Shown: one piece after another, positions 26,259-40,568 of the stretch
Position numbering within the stretch: the first letter of the stretch is position 1
How the letters are laid out: the number at the start of each line of letters is the position of its first letter
Assembly (NCBI GenBank): GCA_021613535.1
Contig: CP075497.1
Span: 10,664,001-10,728,000, forward strand
DNA: 64,000 bases
Reading direction: 5' to 3'
DNA from: Adineta vaga
Taxonomy: Eukaryota; Animalia; Rotifera
Notes under the pieces: generated by a model
Seen by the model: the letters and a program-made list of their open reading frames with translations, nothing else
Told to the model about the DNA's origin: nothing
Database searches by the model: none
Made by a program: the position numbers and the translations under genes

Positions 26259-28940
26259 AATTGATAATTAACTATATGATAACAACCCTGTGATAATTTC
26301 ATTGCTAATTATTCTACTCCTTCACAATATCTCATGATATATACTATGATGTGATACACAAATATATATCACATAATTGCATACGCTTCCGAATAATGTC
26401 ACAAAGTTATCTTTCTTTTTTTTTGTATATATGTGGTCTTTCAAATACAGATATCTGTAAAGACCTCGTTTTTTTTTCTTCTAGTTGCTAATTCTAACAT
26501 CTGTTTGAATATGATTTCTTAGCAACAACAACAAAATTTTCACGTATTCTTCGTCTTCGTTTTCTTCTTTTCGTGTGCCTATTTGTTGTTTTCTTGTTTT
26601 TCTCACCTGATCGTTGATATAATGTGCAGCGCAGTTAAACATGGGGATATGCTTTTCATGTTATCTGATTGAATGAGAAGATTGATAAATGCGAATTAAA
26701 TTTGTATTAGAATTATTCAATTGTTTTTCTTATTAAATTTCAAATGTAGACTTTTAATCAAATTCAATCAATGAAAAATGTTCATCAAACATTTTTTTCG
26801 CAGCAACACTTATTCTTAGATTCACAACTAATTCTATCCTATTTGAAACGTTCTCTATCAATTTCAATATCAAAATAATAAATAGTTAGAGAGACAAACT
26901 CGATCGGAAACTTTTTATTCAAAACACTTGAAACATTTCATACTTAAACACAGTTCAATGAATAAGTTTCTCACGAGATTGATGTGAAAATTCCGTCGTT
27001 ATATTAATTCTTTATTTTGTTATGATGTTATTCAATTCTTCTTCCATCTATTAGGCAGAGAAGGCATTTCGAGATGATTTCTTTTTTCTTGCTTGATCGA
27101 AACGTAATAATAGTTGATCTATCACATATTTTATTGAAGACTTTCAGTTCACTGAATTCAATTATTCTTTTCTCTTGGTTACTGTATATATTTAGATGCA
27201 ATCATACATATTTTTCTAATGAATCAAATGGAAATATCAGAGAATGAGAATTCGAATACTTCTAATTCTTATTGTCAACTATTTAATGATCATTTTCACA
27301 AGTGTGCATTGTTTAATGAACAGTTTACAAATCAAAAAGAAGTAGAGGATTTGCTTCAATGAACATGAATTGTAAAAGGTCATCATGAGAAGAATAAATC
27401 AATCACTCATATCAATATATTGTGCATTGTCTTATAAATGAAAGTGTTTGATTTCTTTTTGAATCTACTCTTTCATAGATAGAAAGTTAAAGGTGTGTTA
27501 TAACTTGATCTTACAGATAACATTTGTAATCAAGGACTAAAATCGATTGATTTAAAATTTAGATTTTTCTTTCTCTTGTAAATGAACTATTCTAGACAAT
27601 TATTTGATTTGATTAAAATCGAATAATTGAATTTTAATCTTAACCTTTTCGTTCAATACATAACAGTAATCCTTCTTCATACATTCTTTTTTCTTCGTTC
27701 TTTGAAATAAGAAAAAGAAGTGTAATAAATCGCTTTCGATTATTACATAACTTAGAAGTATTTGTTCCTTCATCAATTGTCACTTGAGATAAATGTTTGA
27801 CTATTTCAAAAAAAAATCTATATTTCATTGACTTTTTCATTAAAACATCCACCATCATTAATGTACGAGTATGTACATGTGTGTGTACGTCCCACCAGCA
27901 TAGTACTCGCACACTCTCTTCTCTTGTTACCGCCAATTAATGCTGAGGTTTGTTTATTCGTCGTCTTCACATTGTCTGGTCTTCTGTTCATGGACGTTCA
28001 CTCATATATTTATGATGACGACTAGACAATTTTCAATTGTATGCATGTGTAATATTGTCAGGTCGGATTATAGATGAACATAGATGCATCATCTCTCTGT
28101 CTTTCTAATTGGGTGTATTCACTCATATTATATACAAACATAAAAAATCGAAAGAAAGAAAGAAAGAAACAAAATCGGTATATAAACTGTCGATTTGAAA
28201 TTATAATTACTCACATCAAAACCTATTTATTCATAATTTTAAACGATTAAATATTCTCACCTTTCACTTTTCATCAAAGTGTAAAAATCTGTTTATCAAT
28301 GTAGCAAATATCGTCGATTACATCATCATTTCTAATAACCATCGATGTGAACATGTATGTTATTTCGTGTTTCTTTTCTATACAATTAGATCTCAACGTC
28401 AGACTCATACATTACATGTACCCAATGGTTTCTCACATGTTCATACAATATAGGTTAAGATGTAATTTCACACATGACAAAAATGTCAATACTTTTCTTT
28501 CTCTCATTCCATCTGAAGTCCAAGTGTGATTGATGTTAAATTTCTTTTACATAATATTTCATCAATTCGATTTGTTTCTGTCTGTTTTCTTTTTTTGATT
28601 TCAAACATAACCTCATCATATAATTTACAGAACTAAAAAGAAGAAAAAAAAGAAGAAGAAGAAGAATCACAAGAGAAGAGAAAGAACAAAAGATAAAGGA
28701 GAACAAATATTGGATGGGATATGAAAAAAAGAAGAAAATTTGAATACTCGTAGGTGATGTTAACCAGCAAAGAAAAAGAGAAAAACACATCTTGTGTACG
28801 TATGTATGATTGGAACGATAGAACACACTAAAACGATCCAAATGTGCGCGTACACAACAAATAGAAAAAAAATATATAGAAACTCTATTACAGGATCTAA
28901 AAAAAGAGAAAAAAGATTGAAAAAAAGAAAGAATATTTTA

Positions 28941-30819
28941 TTATACATAGACTGCATCGTCTGTACTTCTACCCATAAGCTCATTCTCGTTACATACGCC
29001 CGATAGATGAGCTTCTTCGGTATATCCACTTGATATCGAATACATTGAATTCGATAAATTATTTGAATTGTCTGAATGTGCATGAGGATGTGGAGATGAT
29101 GGACGTCGACTACTATGACCAGTTTTCTTTGGTCCACCTGTCACTTTATGTTTAATAACTAAATTACAATCAGCTATTGGAAAAAAGACATCTTCATTTG
29201 TCATCGATGCAGCATTTAAACGTGATATTGTATAACTCGGCCGAGGTGAACTCGTTGGAGATATTGATGGTGTACGAATTTCGTTCGATGAACGACTTGA
29301 AGATGATGGACATCGACTTTTACATACAGAAGAAGACGACGATGAGGATGATGAGGATGAAGATGATGAACGAGAACCACTGGTTGATATTAAGGACGGT
29401 GCATATGACGAAGGTGATTCAGGAGGCGGTGATGTTGAACTAGTTGTGGTTAGTTCAATTGGTTTTGGAATATATTTTTTGGTTTGATGTTCAAAATTTT
29501 TTCGTAATTCAGATACATTAGGATATGTAAATGAATCAGTGTCTGTAGGTGTTCGAGCTGACATCGCTGAGACTGTTGTCAAAGAACTTGTTGTCATTGT
29601 CGTCGATGACTGTAATGCTTGAGACAGATCAGTTGTAATAGCTCGTGGTCGAGATGGACGATTGTTCGCTGTAGTACTAAATTGTTCAATACGTTTACGA
29701 AAATTTGGTTGATGTTTATGATAATTTAATAATGATATAGGTGATGATGTGTTTAAATTGCCTGGTTTAGTAGTAGTTTGTAATATAGCTGCTTTTCTTG
29801 GCAATGTTGTTGAAACAAATGTTTTTGCTTTATCTAAACTTTGTCCGTGTTGTTTTTCACGTAATTGTTTCCAATTAATTGTTGGATAATTATTGTTTGA
29901 ACTAGAATGAGATTGATCGGTACTTGTAGTTTGTTCTGATGATTCATCAATTTGTGAAAGATTAGCAAAGTGTTGTTTTGTAGGTGAGATCAGTAGCGAT
30001 GAAGATGATGGAGACGTAGTTGGATTTTGTTCTGAACTGCTTGATGAATATTGTTTATGAGATGATGTTCCCGATATAGCTGAATCACATGAAACTGCTT
30101 TACTCGAATGAAATGTTAAATGTGGCGGTGGCTCACTATAATCTGAGCCAACAGCTGAATCAGCATATATGTCTTCAGTAGAACTATCACCTAGAAAACA
30201 AAGAAAAAAGATAAATATACTTTTCATATTTATCTTTGATTGACAAATAATTGAATCAATACTAACCTTCATCATGCCATTTTGAAAGACCAAAACAAGA
30301 ATGTGATTCAGGTAAAAATTGTCGTGTTGAATGGTTTGCTGTTGTAATTAATCCTCCATGTTTCGCTGATGTTGCATAGTAAATATTTGTATCATCAATA
30401 GTATTACGTAAATGTGATTGTTCAGGATCGTAGTTTAATGAGGATTGATCCTGTGTATACTGATTATAATCAATTTGATTATTTGCATCATCATCATCTT
30501 CATCGAGATCATATTTAATTCGTCCTAAAGATTTCGATCGACGATCAGCTCGACCACGAGAACGTGCTCGTCGACGATGTGTAGCATCAGCTGCAAGATA
30601 ATCCATATAAGTATAGTCAATATTTGAAGATGATGGTGGAGAAGTGCCATTTTTCTGATTGGAATTGTTTCCACGTGTTTTCTTTGAACGTAATAATGTA
30701 CGAAATTGAGCAGCAACTTCAAGTGGATTAGCATTGGAACGATTGAGTAATTCGAGATGTTCGAGTGCGGCCGTAGCCACATCGAATTGTGGTGGCGAAG
30801 ATGAGTTACTATTACTCAT
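28941..30819 (-). CDS. Uncharacterised Ser/Thr-rich, largely disordered protein (~600 aa; exons 30819-30267 and 30190-28941)
   Basis: Two long ORFs joined in frame by a phase-1 GT-AG intron; no domain recognised. Confidence 0.8.
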
Positions 30820-33800
30820 ACTTGTCTACATCTACAAAAGATAAAGAGAACCAGATGATAGAAGATGTTTTTTTTCTACTCAAATAAAAAACATATCGAC
30901 ATAATCATTGATGAATGTTACTTGTCAACAGTCCGATGGTAGATAAACAGTTCAGAATACTATTCTAGTTTTCTATGAGTTCATCCTAATATGTATACTC
31001 ATTTGTCACACAACATCTAAAGCTTCTCAAATCGATACTCATCTTTCTCCTTTTCTTCTCTTCACCGAACGAGAAGATATTATCGAATGAACGCGAGGTA
31101 ACTGTATCTATATACATACTTTTATTATTCTATACTTGTACATTTCTACATAACACAAATGAGTTCCAGAACATTGACAAACGTTATTCTGCTCACCCTA
31201 CATTAGAAATGTTTAGATTATCTATGTACGATGACCACAACAGAAGCTTGCATGTTTATGTTCAGAATTAGCTTCTTTTTCTCTCTCTCTCTCTCTCTGT
31301 TTAGATGCATACGACTGATCGATGAGCATATGTTCAAAATCGAACCAACTATGCATGTGTATTATAGGTAAATTTATCGTCGATAAACGGGAAAAAACGC
31401 GAGTCGATCGGATTAGTATATGAAAGTAAAGCCTACTATTTGCGCTCACAAACATCAAGTTAAATAAATAAAAATGACAAAGTCTAACGAAGGTAGTCAA
31501 CTATCGAAAAAAAAGAAACTATTAATTTTATATCAGTTTGATCATTCGCTAAAATCAACAGAAGAAATAAAAAAAAAGAAACGACCTTTCTTTTTTGAGG
31601 TTGTTAAATTAATTGAAATAAAATTTTTTCAAGTACACATATTGGTTTTATTGATAAAAAAAAAGTTGAAATAGTTTTTGATGAACCTATTAGTAGTATG
31701 AATATTAAAAAGGGCACAACGAAGTAAAAATAAGTAATCTTCTTTTAAAAAGTATGGCTTATTAAAAAAATCTCGAAAGATTACTTCGCTTATGCATACG
31801 CAACTCATGTTCAATCATCCTACTATCGTTTTCTCATTTTTAATGGTCAATGAAAAGAACATGTAAGAGAAAGAAGAAAAAAATCGGAGATGTTATATAT
31901 TTTATTTCTTTCTCTTTGGTCAGTTACATAAATGTTTTAAAGAAAGAAAAGTTTCAAGTAGAAGATCTTTTCACTCACTTAACACAAAAGACATCATATA
32001 CCATATCGAGAATAATATTGGTCATTCAGTTATATTAAATCGAGAAAGTCGTATAACTCTTGATAATCATCTTAAATCTCCAATGAATATAACCAATATC
32101 TAATCACATTTATTGTGCATAGATGAAAAAACTGATGGTATGAATAAGAGAAAAAAAATCCCACTAGAACGTTTACTTACCAATAGAGAAATAAAGCTAA
32201 AGAAAATAGAAAATTTTGACCTATAGAATGTCAGAACTACAAGGTTCATACATACTAATAATGCTCAGTGGTTGTTGTTTGTTTACTATAGCACTAGCTC
32301 ATTTATCTTCTCAAGTCTTTACCAAAGATTATTATCATCAACCTTCATTCTCTAATCTATCTTTGAGTAACGCGCACATATAACGTGTACAGGAAATAAA
32401 ATCAAAACCGGCTGCTGCCATCATCACACATCGGCGCACAAAAAGGGTAACCTCGTTAATCAATCAATCCATCAGCAACAAGGCATTTCGATGAGAAGAA
32501 ATCGAATTGATTCTCATACTCAAAGCATTAACAAGGTCAAAACGATAAATAAACTGTTGATCATTATTCTAATTGAAAAAAGAAGAAAAAAAGTTCACTT
32601 TTACCTTAGAGGACATTATACCAAGGTGCTTCTACAATCTGCTAGTCATTGTTCAATGAAAGAACGAAAAAGAAAATTCAGAATATATATATATGTGTTA
32701 CTTCTCTTCATTCTCTCTCGATATGTATGTATACAGCCATTAGTCTGGCCCCTGAATTGTACATTTATTCTTCTTGTTCGTTCTACTGCTGTTACTACTA
32801 CTGGATTCTCTCTCTCTCTCCTTCTTTTTTTCTCTTGATTTCTTTTTCGTCATGTCGTCGACGTCGTCGTCTATATATATATATATATGCGTGTATGCTG
32901 CACCATCAAATCAACATACATACACATAGCTGAGAATACAGATCGAAAAACACACCGGCACGAGAAAGAGAAGAAAGTGAACAAAAAAAAGGACAAAAGG
33001 TCGTCGGCGCTGGAAGAAAAAGCTGAACAATAAATATGTATATGTATGCATGCATGCATATGTATATGTGGGAAAAAGAGAAAAAGAAGAAGAAGAAGAA
33101 GAAAAGATCTGCTGTGCAAATATCTGTATACAGAGAATTTAGTGCTTGTGTATGCATACCTTTCAAGGTTTCTCTTATATTAAACTCTCGTAATTGACTT
33201 ACAAACGTATATATGTATATCAGATTTCAAGATGGTAATCTATTTTATCTGAGGTTCATTCGTAATGCTCATTTACAACTCCAGAGACGCTTTAGAAGTT
33301 TACTTCGGTGACTCCTCTGACTATTACATTTATAGTTCTACATAGAAGTAAAAATATAGTAGCGGACATGCGCGCGCGCGTGATTTACCATAGGCCCCAA
33401 GAGCACATAACTTTTTTGTTCAATCAGAGTTGTCGTCATCGATGATGATGATGATGATGAAAGAAAGAACGTAGGTTGTGATCATGACAAGGTTCATCAA
33501 GAACCAATAACATGCTTTTACAACCCGAAGAAAAAAGAACTACTATTAAAATGCTTATAACTATTAAACAGTACAATTTTTTTCTTTCTTACTCCAATAT
33601 GTAATAAGCAAGACAAAAGCTCTGTCATTTTCTTTTTTTCGAAAATCTATCGATACAAGAAGACATAACGGCTCATTGAAAGCGATTAGAAATCGAAAAA
33701 AAAACTGGAGTATTAATCAATGCAAAACATATGCGTATGCTATGTCAACAAATAACAATAACAAAAAAAAGGCGAAAAATTCACGTATAAATTCGTCACA

Positions 33801-34672
33801 ACTTTATGTTTGAGGAGAGTCAAAGAAAAAAAACACTTTCTCGCTTGTTTTCTCTCTACAGGCTATTCATGTTCGACATAAGACAAAATTTCTTCGAGTT
33901 CTTTTTTCTTTTCTCACTTCTATAATCATAATTACAACACATAGTTATCATTCGAGAATAGTAATCGATTTTATCTGTTTGATCTATTCTAACGACCAAA
34001 TTATAAATGAGAGAAGAAGAGTGAAGTTGATACATCTACTTCATCGTTCTTACATTGAAAAAAACAAATTTCTGTCCTCAACATTATTAATGTATCTGTT
34101 GACGAGGGAACAAGGGTTTTATCCTTGACACACTCATACATATATGTATATATCTCGAATCGGTTTGTTACTGATGAGTTGTGCACACATTTATTAATAT
34201 GATACTTGCCTGCTTTTTTACGTGTCTATATCTAGAGAGAGAAAAAACGAGGAGAAATGAAAAGTACATATGACTATGGAGATGTATATTCTTATTCGAT
34301 TGGTTACACACGTTCTATTGTAATGCCAATTTGACGTTTATATCGATGTCTCATCGATACATATATTACATGAATAATTTATAGATATTAAAATAAATGA
34401 GACAAGGTGAAGAAAATAATGCAGAACAAACGAACATGGAATAGATGACAAACGATAATGAAAAAAATGAGAAAGAGATCGTTGAATGATTAACAAAAAA
34501 GATATATATATATTATATATATATACATATATACAAAGACGACCATAGGTATACTATTTCGAAGGGCAAATATGATGATGATTAGGTGATCGACGTCTTC
34601 ATACGATATTCGTAGTTAGCGGCTCAGGTGTGTCGAAAGAAAAATTTGATCCCTTTGTACATTGGAACAAGG

Positions 34673-34744
34673 ATTTCTTTTCTCTTCTTTTCAGACATCC
34701 ACATGTGCCTCCACAAGGATGTCTCTAAAGAAGAAAAAAGAAGT
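34673..34744. other. Imperfect inverted repeat / 72-nt hairpin
   Basis: The arms pair at 25 of 28 positions (one G-U), including the core AGACATCC/GGATGTCT, plus an inner TGTG/CACA stem. Confidence 0.55.
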
Positions 34745-36018
34745 TTTCAATCACCTGATAATACATACCCCATAGACGAATAGACGTAAAATTTTACTGA
34801 TGAATACAGAAAGAGGAAACAAACATCTCACAAATACGAAAGATTATTTATACGAAGCCTATACTGTCGTCAGCGTCGAAGAGATCATGATATGTGCATA
34901 GAAGGAAGGAGCGAGAGAGAGAGAGAGAGTTGTGCGTAAGACGAAAAAGAAAGAACGAACACAAATAAAAGGAAGGAAAGAAAGAAAGAAAAAAAGAAAA
35001 GAAAATAGTATGCTATTGGGATGCAGCAAACCGAGTAGAAAGACAGTAAACGCAAAAGAAAAAAATGAGAGAAAAGTTCATCATTCTCTATCCTTATACA
35101 CTAGTGTAGAGAAATAGAGAAGGAGAAAAGAAGAAAAAAAAGCGGGACAACGGCGACGTCAAGACGTAGAAATAGGAATGTTGTTGCGATTACCTAATTG
35201 TCTCGCTCGACATAAAACACATGCATCACAAGAGACTTGACTCGTTTTTCTCTCTTTTTTTCTTTACTGTTGTCGACATCGACGTCAACGGCGACTCAGC
35301 CCACAAACGTATACTAATAGACGAATAAAGAAGAGAGCGCGAGAGAAAAAAATCAATTTATTTTTGTTGTTTTTCTCCCGACAGTCGTTCTGATAAAGAA
35401 GAAAAAAAAAAGAAAAGAACAACAAAAAAAACCTAATATCATTATTATCAGTGCCAAATTCTGTTTCTGGAAAGCGATTTTCCAATATTTCTCTCGGGCT
35501 ATTGTCAAAATGCATTCGATTGATTTCTTTGTTTTTTTCTCGTCAAAACAGACTCAAATCCTTATCATTTGCTTTTGCATGTTGAAACTATTGAAATGCA
35601 ATTATTCCGTAATGCTCAAAGTCGTTTAGATATATACTCAACATGAACTAATCAATCATTTTCTTTTCTCTTCTTTTAATGATCTACATGATGAACGTTC
35701 ATCGCAAATCTTTTTTGTCTGTCATATTGACAATTAGCCCAATCCGTTATTGCAATAACGGATGTCGATAACAATAATAATCTAAGAACGAAATAAGAAA
35801 AGAAAACAGTAAATGTTCTTCCTTCTATTCAATGAACTTGACTTTGGTAATGCAATAATAAAAGAAAACATTGATGAAATCTAGTCAGATATTTATTTAT
35901 TAGTACGAAAATAGCACCAACTGTATATACACACATATATATATATATATATAAATTCGATAGTTTAGTTTATAAATTTTCTGTTTTTTTTCCTCTGATT
36001 ATTTGTCTTGATTTCATA

Positions 36019-37815
36019 TCAGTGTTGTGCAAATTTTCGCTGTTTCTCTTGTAATGATAACCATAAAATAGAAGTTATAAAACAAAAAATAATAAGTGAA
36101 CAACCTAATATAAATGAATAAGATGATTGAATTATACGTGAAGTACATAAATCATCTGTAAGAATCTCTAAAGCAAAACAATGAGATTGTTTACGTTCAC
36201 TTTTTAATATAGTATGCATAATAGCCAAAAGACATACACTGAACATAGCTAGAAAAACAAAACAAAAACGTATAACAATTCTAGGTCATTCTTGAATTTT
36301 GAAATCACTATAGAATTCATTGAGTTCTTTTTATTAAATGAATTAGTATCAATAGAAATACCCATGAGGTTAGGAAGTTAATTTACAAAAGTTTAACAAT
36401 CGTTTTTGTTTTCATCTAAGCGATCTCTTACTAATATATATCACTTAGTAGTCTTATTAACATTGAAAAGAAAATCTAGAATTAATCAATCAATTTGACT
36501 CACTTGTAACAAGATAGATTATTCCAATTGTCATTGTTGCTAATACAACACCATTGAGTATGCCTACGGTAACACCGATCAATGTACAAGCACATAAAAG
36601 TAGAACAATTAAAATAGCACATGCAGCTGCGACATTGTGTAAACCTAGAATATTTGAATAAAAATCACATTAATTAATCGAACAAAAAGAAAAGAAACTT
36701 GTTATGTAAGTTATTCTCGTTCATCGATAGAATTTCTTTACTTTTCGGAAAAAAAATGAATAATACAATATTGAATAATTGTTTGATTAAGTATTCTTCT
36801 ATTAACTTTCATTTCATTATACATTTTAAAATAAAAACTATCTATTCATAATTCACAACTTAAAATAATAAATAAATTTTTTAAAAAATTCTCTTGAATA
36901 AAGTTAAATATTTTCCTACACGGTAATCTTCTTTTCCGTTCTATAGAAATCGGAATATATTAATGTAGTCAAATTCAATAATAGGATTCGTTTAAGTTCT
37001 CTTTGAAATCAAATAATAAGGTCAATATTATTGTTCTTTACTTTCTCGCATTAAATGGATATAAATTTTGAAGTACTTTCTAGTTAACTCAATGCATGAA
37101 TATCTAGACGAAAAGAAAAATATAACTACAGACTATGTTGTAGTATAGATACTTAAGAACATCTTTTACTCTTCATTGAATTAACTTGCAAGTTCGATTA
37201 CAATTTCATAGAAATCTGTCATTCTTAAAGAAGAATTGTCTTACATGTCCTTCTCTCTCTCTCTCTCATATTTCCTATCATTTTTCTAAAGGCACTTTTC
37301 ATATGAAAAAAAAAAACTTTTTTCTTAAAGAAAAAACCATCGAAGACGAGAGAAAAAACAAAACTAAATATAGATTTACGTATTAATTCTCGTCCAGGAT
37401 TATTCATTCCATGAATATTATCATCGTATTGATTATTTGCAACTTTTAAAACACGACATTTGGAGATTTTCAAATGTTGACGAATATTTTCAGATAAATA
37501 ATTACATTGACGAAATATTCCCTTGTGAGTTTGAAATAAAGTCGTATCATTTTTAATACCAAATGCAATGTTCTCTAATTTTTTATTATTAAACGAGAAT
37601 ATTTGTGTTAGATTTCGATCATCTGTACCATTTATTATTTGTAGAGACATATTCGTCATATTTTCAACAACAATCCATGTTGTATGTGAACGTAATTTAG
37701 CTATATCATAAATTACAATTGACCAATGATCAGTTGCAAATGCTAAGATACCAAGAAGATTTGTTAATGCTGTAGCAAGAATTGATAAAACTTGAATTGT
37801 TAGTAAAGTCACCAT
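36019..37815 (-). CDS. Claudin/PMP22-superfamily tetraspan protein; exons 37815-37380, 36644-36504, 36248-36019
   Basis: Four hydrophobic segments; ATDHW...GIFRQC...C claudin-like signature in loop 1; SYSFILG before TM4. Confidence 0.85.
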
Positions 37816-39836
37816 GAAATAGAGACTAACATGAATGCATTGAGAATTTGAAATTGTCTCGCATATGCAGATGTCGTTTAGATAAGGTAAAACAACAGAA
37901 AATGATGATGAGAACGACAATGTTGACGGCGAGGCAAAGAAATGTTCATTAATATTTTCTATTAGAAAAAAAACGTAATGTGATTCTCGAGCGAGTGAGC
38001 CATATAGAGCAAGCAGACGCGAAGGAAAAGAAGGGCGTGCATGCGACCGGCATCCTAAGGGGAAAGATGAAAGTGAAGAGAAAAAAGAGCATAATGCATT
38101 TGTATGTGTGAGAAACACCACATAGTTTAACTATGTAAAGACGCGTGTACGATCTATTGAGATATAAACATGCATGTGCGTGTTTATGTCAAAAGTTCGT
38201 ATGTGCTATTCTTAGTTTTATTATCAACGATTATTGTGAATAAATTAAGAAAAATAGCCTATATATCAGGTAAATAGATACGTCTGACTCGAATAAATGA
38301 AGAAGGTAAAAAAAAAAGTAATCTTCGTCATTATTTTGCTTTTCTTGAGTCTTGAATGGAATTTATTGAAGCATTGATAATAAAACTATCAAAATTGATA
38401 GAGATTTTAAATGTGATTGCTTGTTTGTAATCAATTTGCGAGAAGCTTTTTCTCCGAACTATTAACACACGTGACTTTCTATTGGGCAAGTTGTTTTTGC
38501 AGTTAAAAACTGGTACACTTTTGTTGAGGGTGTTCTCTTCTATTTCAAGTGTTTACCGTCATAAAGAGGAGTGAAAAAAATCCTTAATTAATTCTTATAA
38601 AGTATATGAAGAAGTAAAAGAATTTTTCATAAAAGTCTTCTTCTCTTTTATATAAATAAAATAAAACGTCATTTTTTTCTTCCACTTTTTTACATTATTA
38701 ACAAATTATTATGTATGTAACAAGTCTTGCCTAGCTAAGTATGAAACAATCCCATGAGAAATGAAAAAAAAAATGACTCTTTTGTTCTTACTTTATCATT
38801 CATTAGTATATTTTCAATGTAATCACAATATTACTTCGACATATTTTTATCTTCTATTTAAACTAGAATGAGATATTTATTCCTATAAAAGAAAAAGTAT
38901 AAAACCAGCTCGAGATTAATTTCTAATAAACTATTATGAATGTTTTTCTCTTCTATTTACGTAATCTGTTCCCGTATATAGAATTCTTTCAAAGAGTGTC
39001 CAATCTTTGAAATCTTTTCTTCCTTGATGGAATCTTTTTCCATGCTTGAAAACATTCATCCTTGATATACTTTGATGTTGATCGATGTGTTCGATGATGG
39101 AGAAAAACAGGAATTGAGATCAATAAATCAATCAATTTAGAATATTGAAGAGATATATCAGTATGAAAATTTGTTTTCTTGATTGTATGTTTCTCATAAA
39201 CAAAATTTATTCGAAATAGAAATCAAATAGTGAAAAGATCTTGTAAAAGAAAAATATTTTCATAACAATCTAAATTTCAATGATAACATCAAATGATATG
39301 TATGTCGTAGAAGTTATTTCATTACTGTATATTTCATGCAATTCTAAAATGAAAGATGAAATAGTTTCGATCAATATAATAGGAAAGTACATATGAAAAT
39401 CTTGATGTTTGTCATGCAATGTTAAACAAGATTGTCATTAGTATGAGTTGGAATAATTAATTCGATGAGATTTGTTGTTTTGACATTGATGTCTTAGAAT
39501 AAACTATGTTTAACATTTAATTAAAAACTAGTAGAATGTCAGAATATATATCAAACAGATAAAAAGTTCACTTCGTACGTTTGAAATGATTCAGATCTTT
39601 GTACAAACACTGCTTTTACAGAATTGATTTCATGCATTCGTAATATATCTTTTTCACGTTAATTCTTCTGTAAAATACATTTAGAAACATACGATTTAGC
39701 GTGTTGTATGAGATAGTATAAGCTTAGAATAGAGATAATAACAAAATTTTGTTCTTAATGTAAAATTATCAATTTATAACGAAACAATAGGTGTACAAAG
39801 TAAAAGACATATTGATAAACAAAATACTTCTGCATC

Positions 39837-40568
39837 CTAAGCTACTACAAATGAGAAGATCGACGAAAATAGATTATAAATCAAAATAATTAATAGACCT
39901 AAATATGGAAAATATCTAAAAGAAATTCAATAATCAAAATTATCATTAAATATGATAAATCGATTACATACCCTTTGACTTTACCAATAATATCCTCTCT
40001 TTCAATCCACAATTGTCCTGGTGAATAAAGACCACGATCATCAACTTCATGATCATCACCTTTTGTCAAAAATTTGACGTAACCATCACTTCTGAAATGT
40101 AAAAAAGAATTGAAATTTTCTCGTCACACATCATTTTCATTTTGATTAATTTACCTCTCATGTACTCGGATGACTCGATGAACAATTGGTATAGAACGAC
40201 CTTCTGTTTCAAACGCAACAACATCTCCTGCACGAATAGGATCTGTTTGATAGTTAGTCAAGAAAAGAAGATCACCGTAACGAAGAAAAGAGTACCCAAG
40301 TCCTCCCCTAGATAGAATCAAACAAATTTTATTGGAATCCATTGAGAAAAAAAATCACTTACGAAAGTACAATATTGATAGGTTTTCTGCAATTTGTTAT
40401 CAGTATAAGACTCTTCCAAAGCATGAGTATTGTTGAAATAATGAGAACATATTTCAGCAACCGACTAATGATGAACTATACGAATACAAATTGTTTTTTT
40501 TGCTCATATATAAACATTTATTGAAGAAAAATATCATATCTATAACTTACTTTTCGAATCCAATTCAT
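39837..40568 (-). CDS. SEC11: Divergent SEC11 (signal peptidase complex catalytic subunit) paralog lacking the catalytic Ser; 5 exons
   Basis: MLWKSL, GDLLFLTN, PIVHRV, KFLTKGD, DDRGLY and FPYLG motifs are present. The splice-reconstructed active site reads VLSGGLGY instead of VLSGSMEP. Confidence 0.85.

Noticed and set aside
26900-27260. Coding-like stretch on the minus strand (possible decayed gene)
   Set aside because: Open frame under 60 codons with no recognisable homology.
28809-28820. ATTGGAACGATA, identical to a short stretch of U6 snRNA
   Set aside because: The flanks do not match U6 (no ACAGAGA box or 5' stem); chance match.
33129-33137. Exact METTL16 nonamer TACAGAGAA
   Set aside because: On the strand opposite the local genes, with no U6 context or convincing hairpin.
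31200-35520. Numerous 60-115 aa ORFs in the ORF track
   Set aside because: Low-complexity K/F/I/Y-rich translations of AT-rich non-coding DNA.
38960-39110. Small ORF with a donor site upstream of the claudin-like gene
   Set aside because: Phase incompatible with the downstream acceptor; unsupported.
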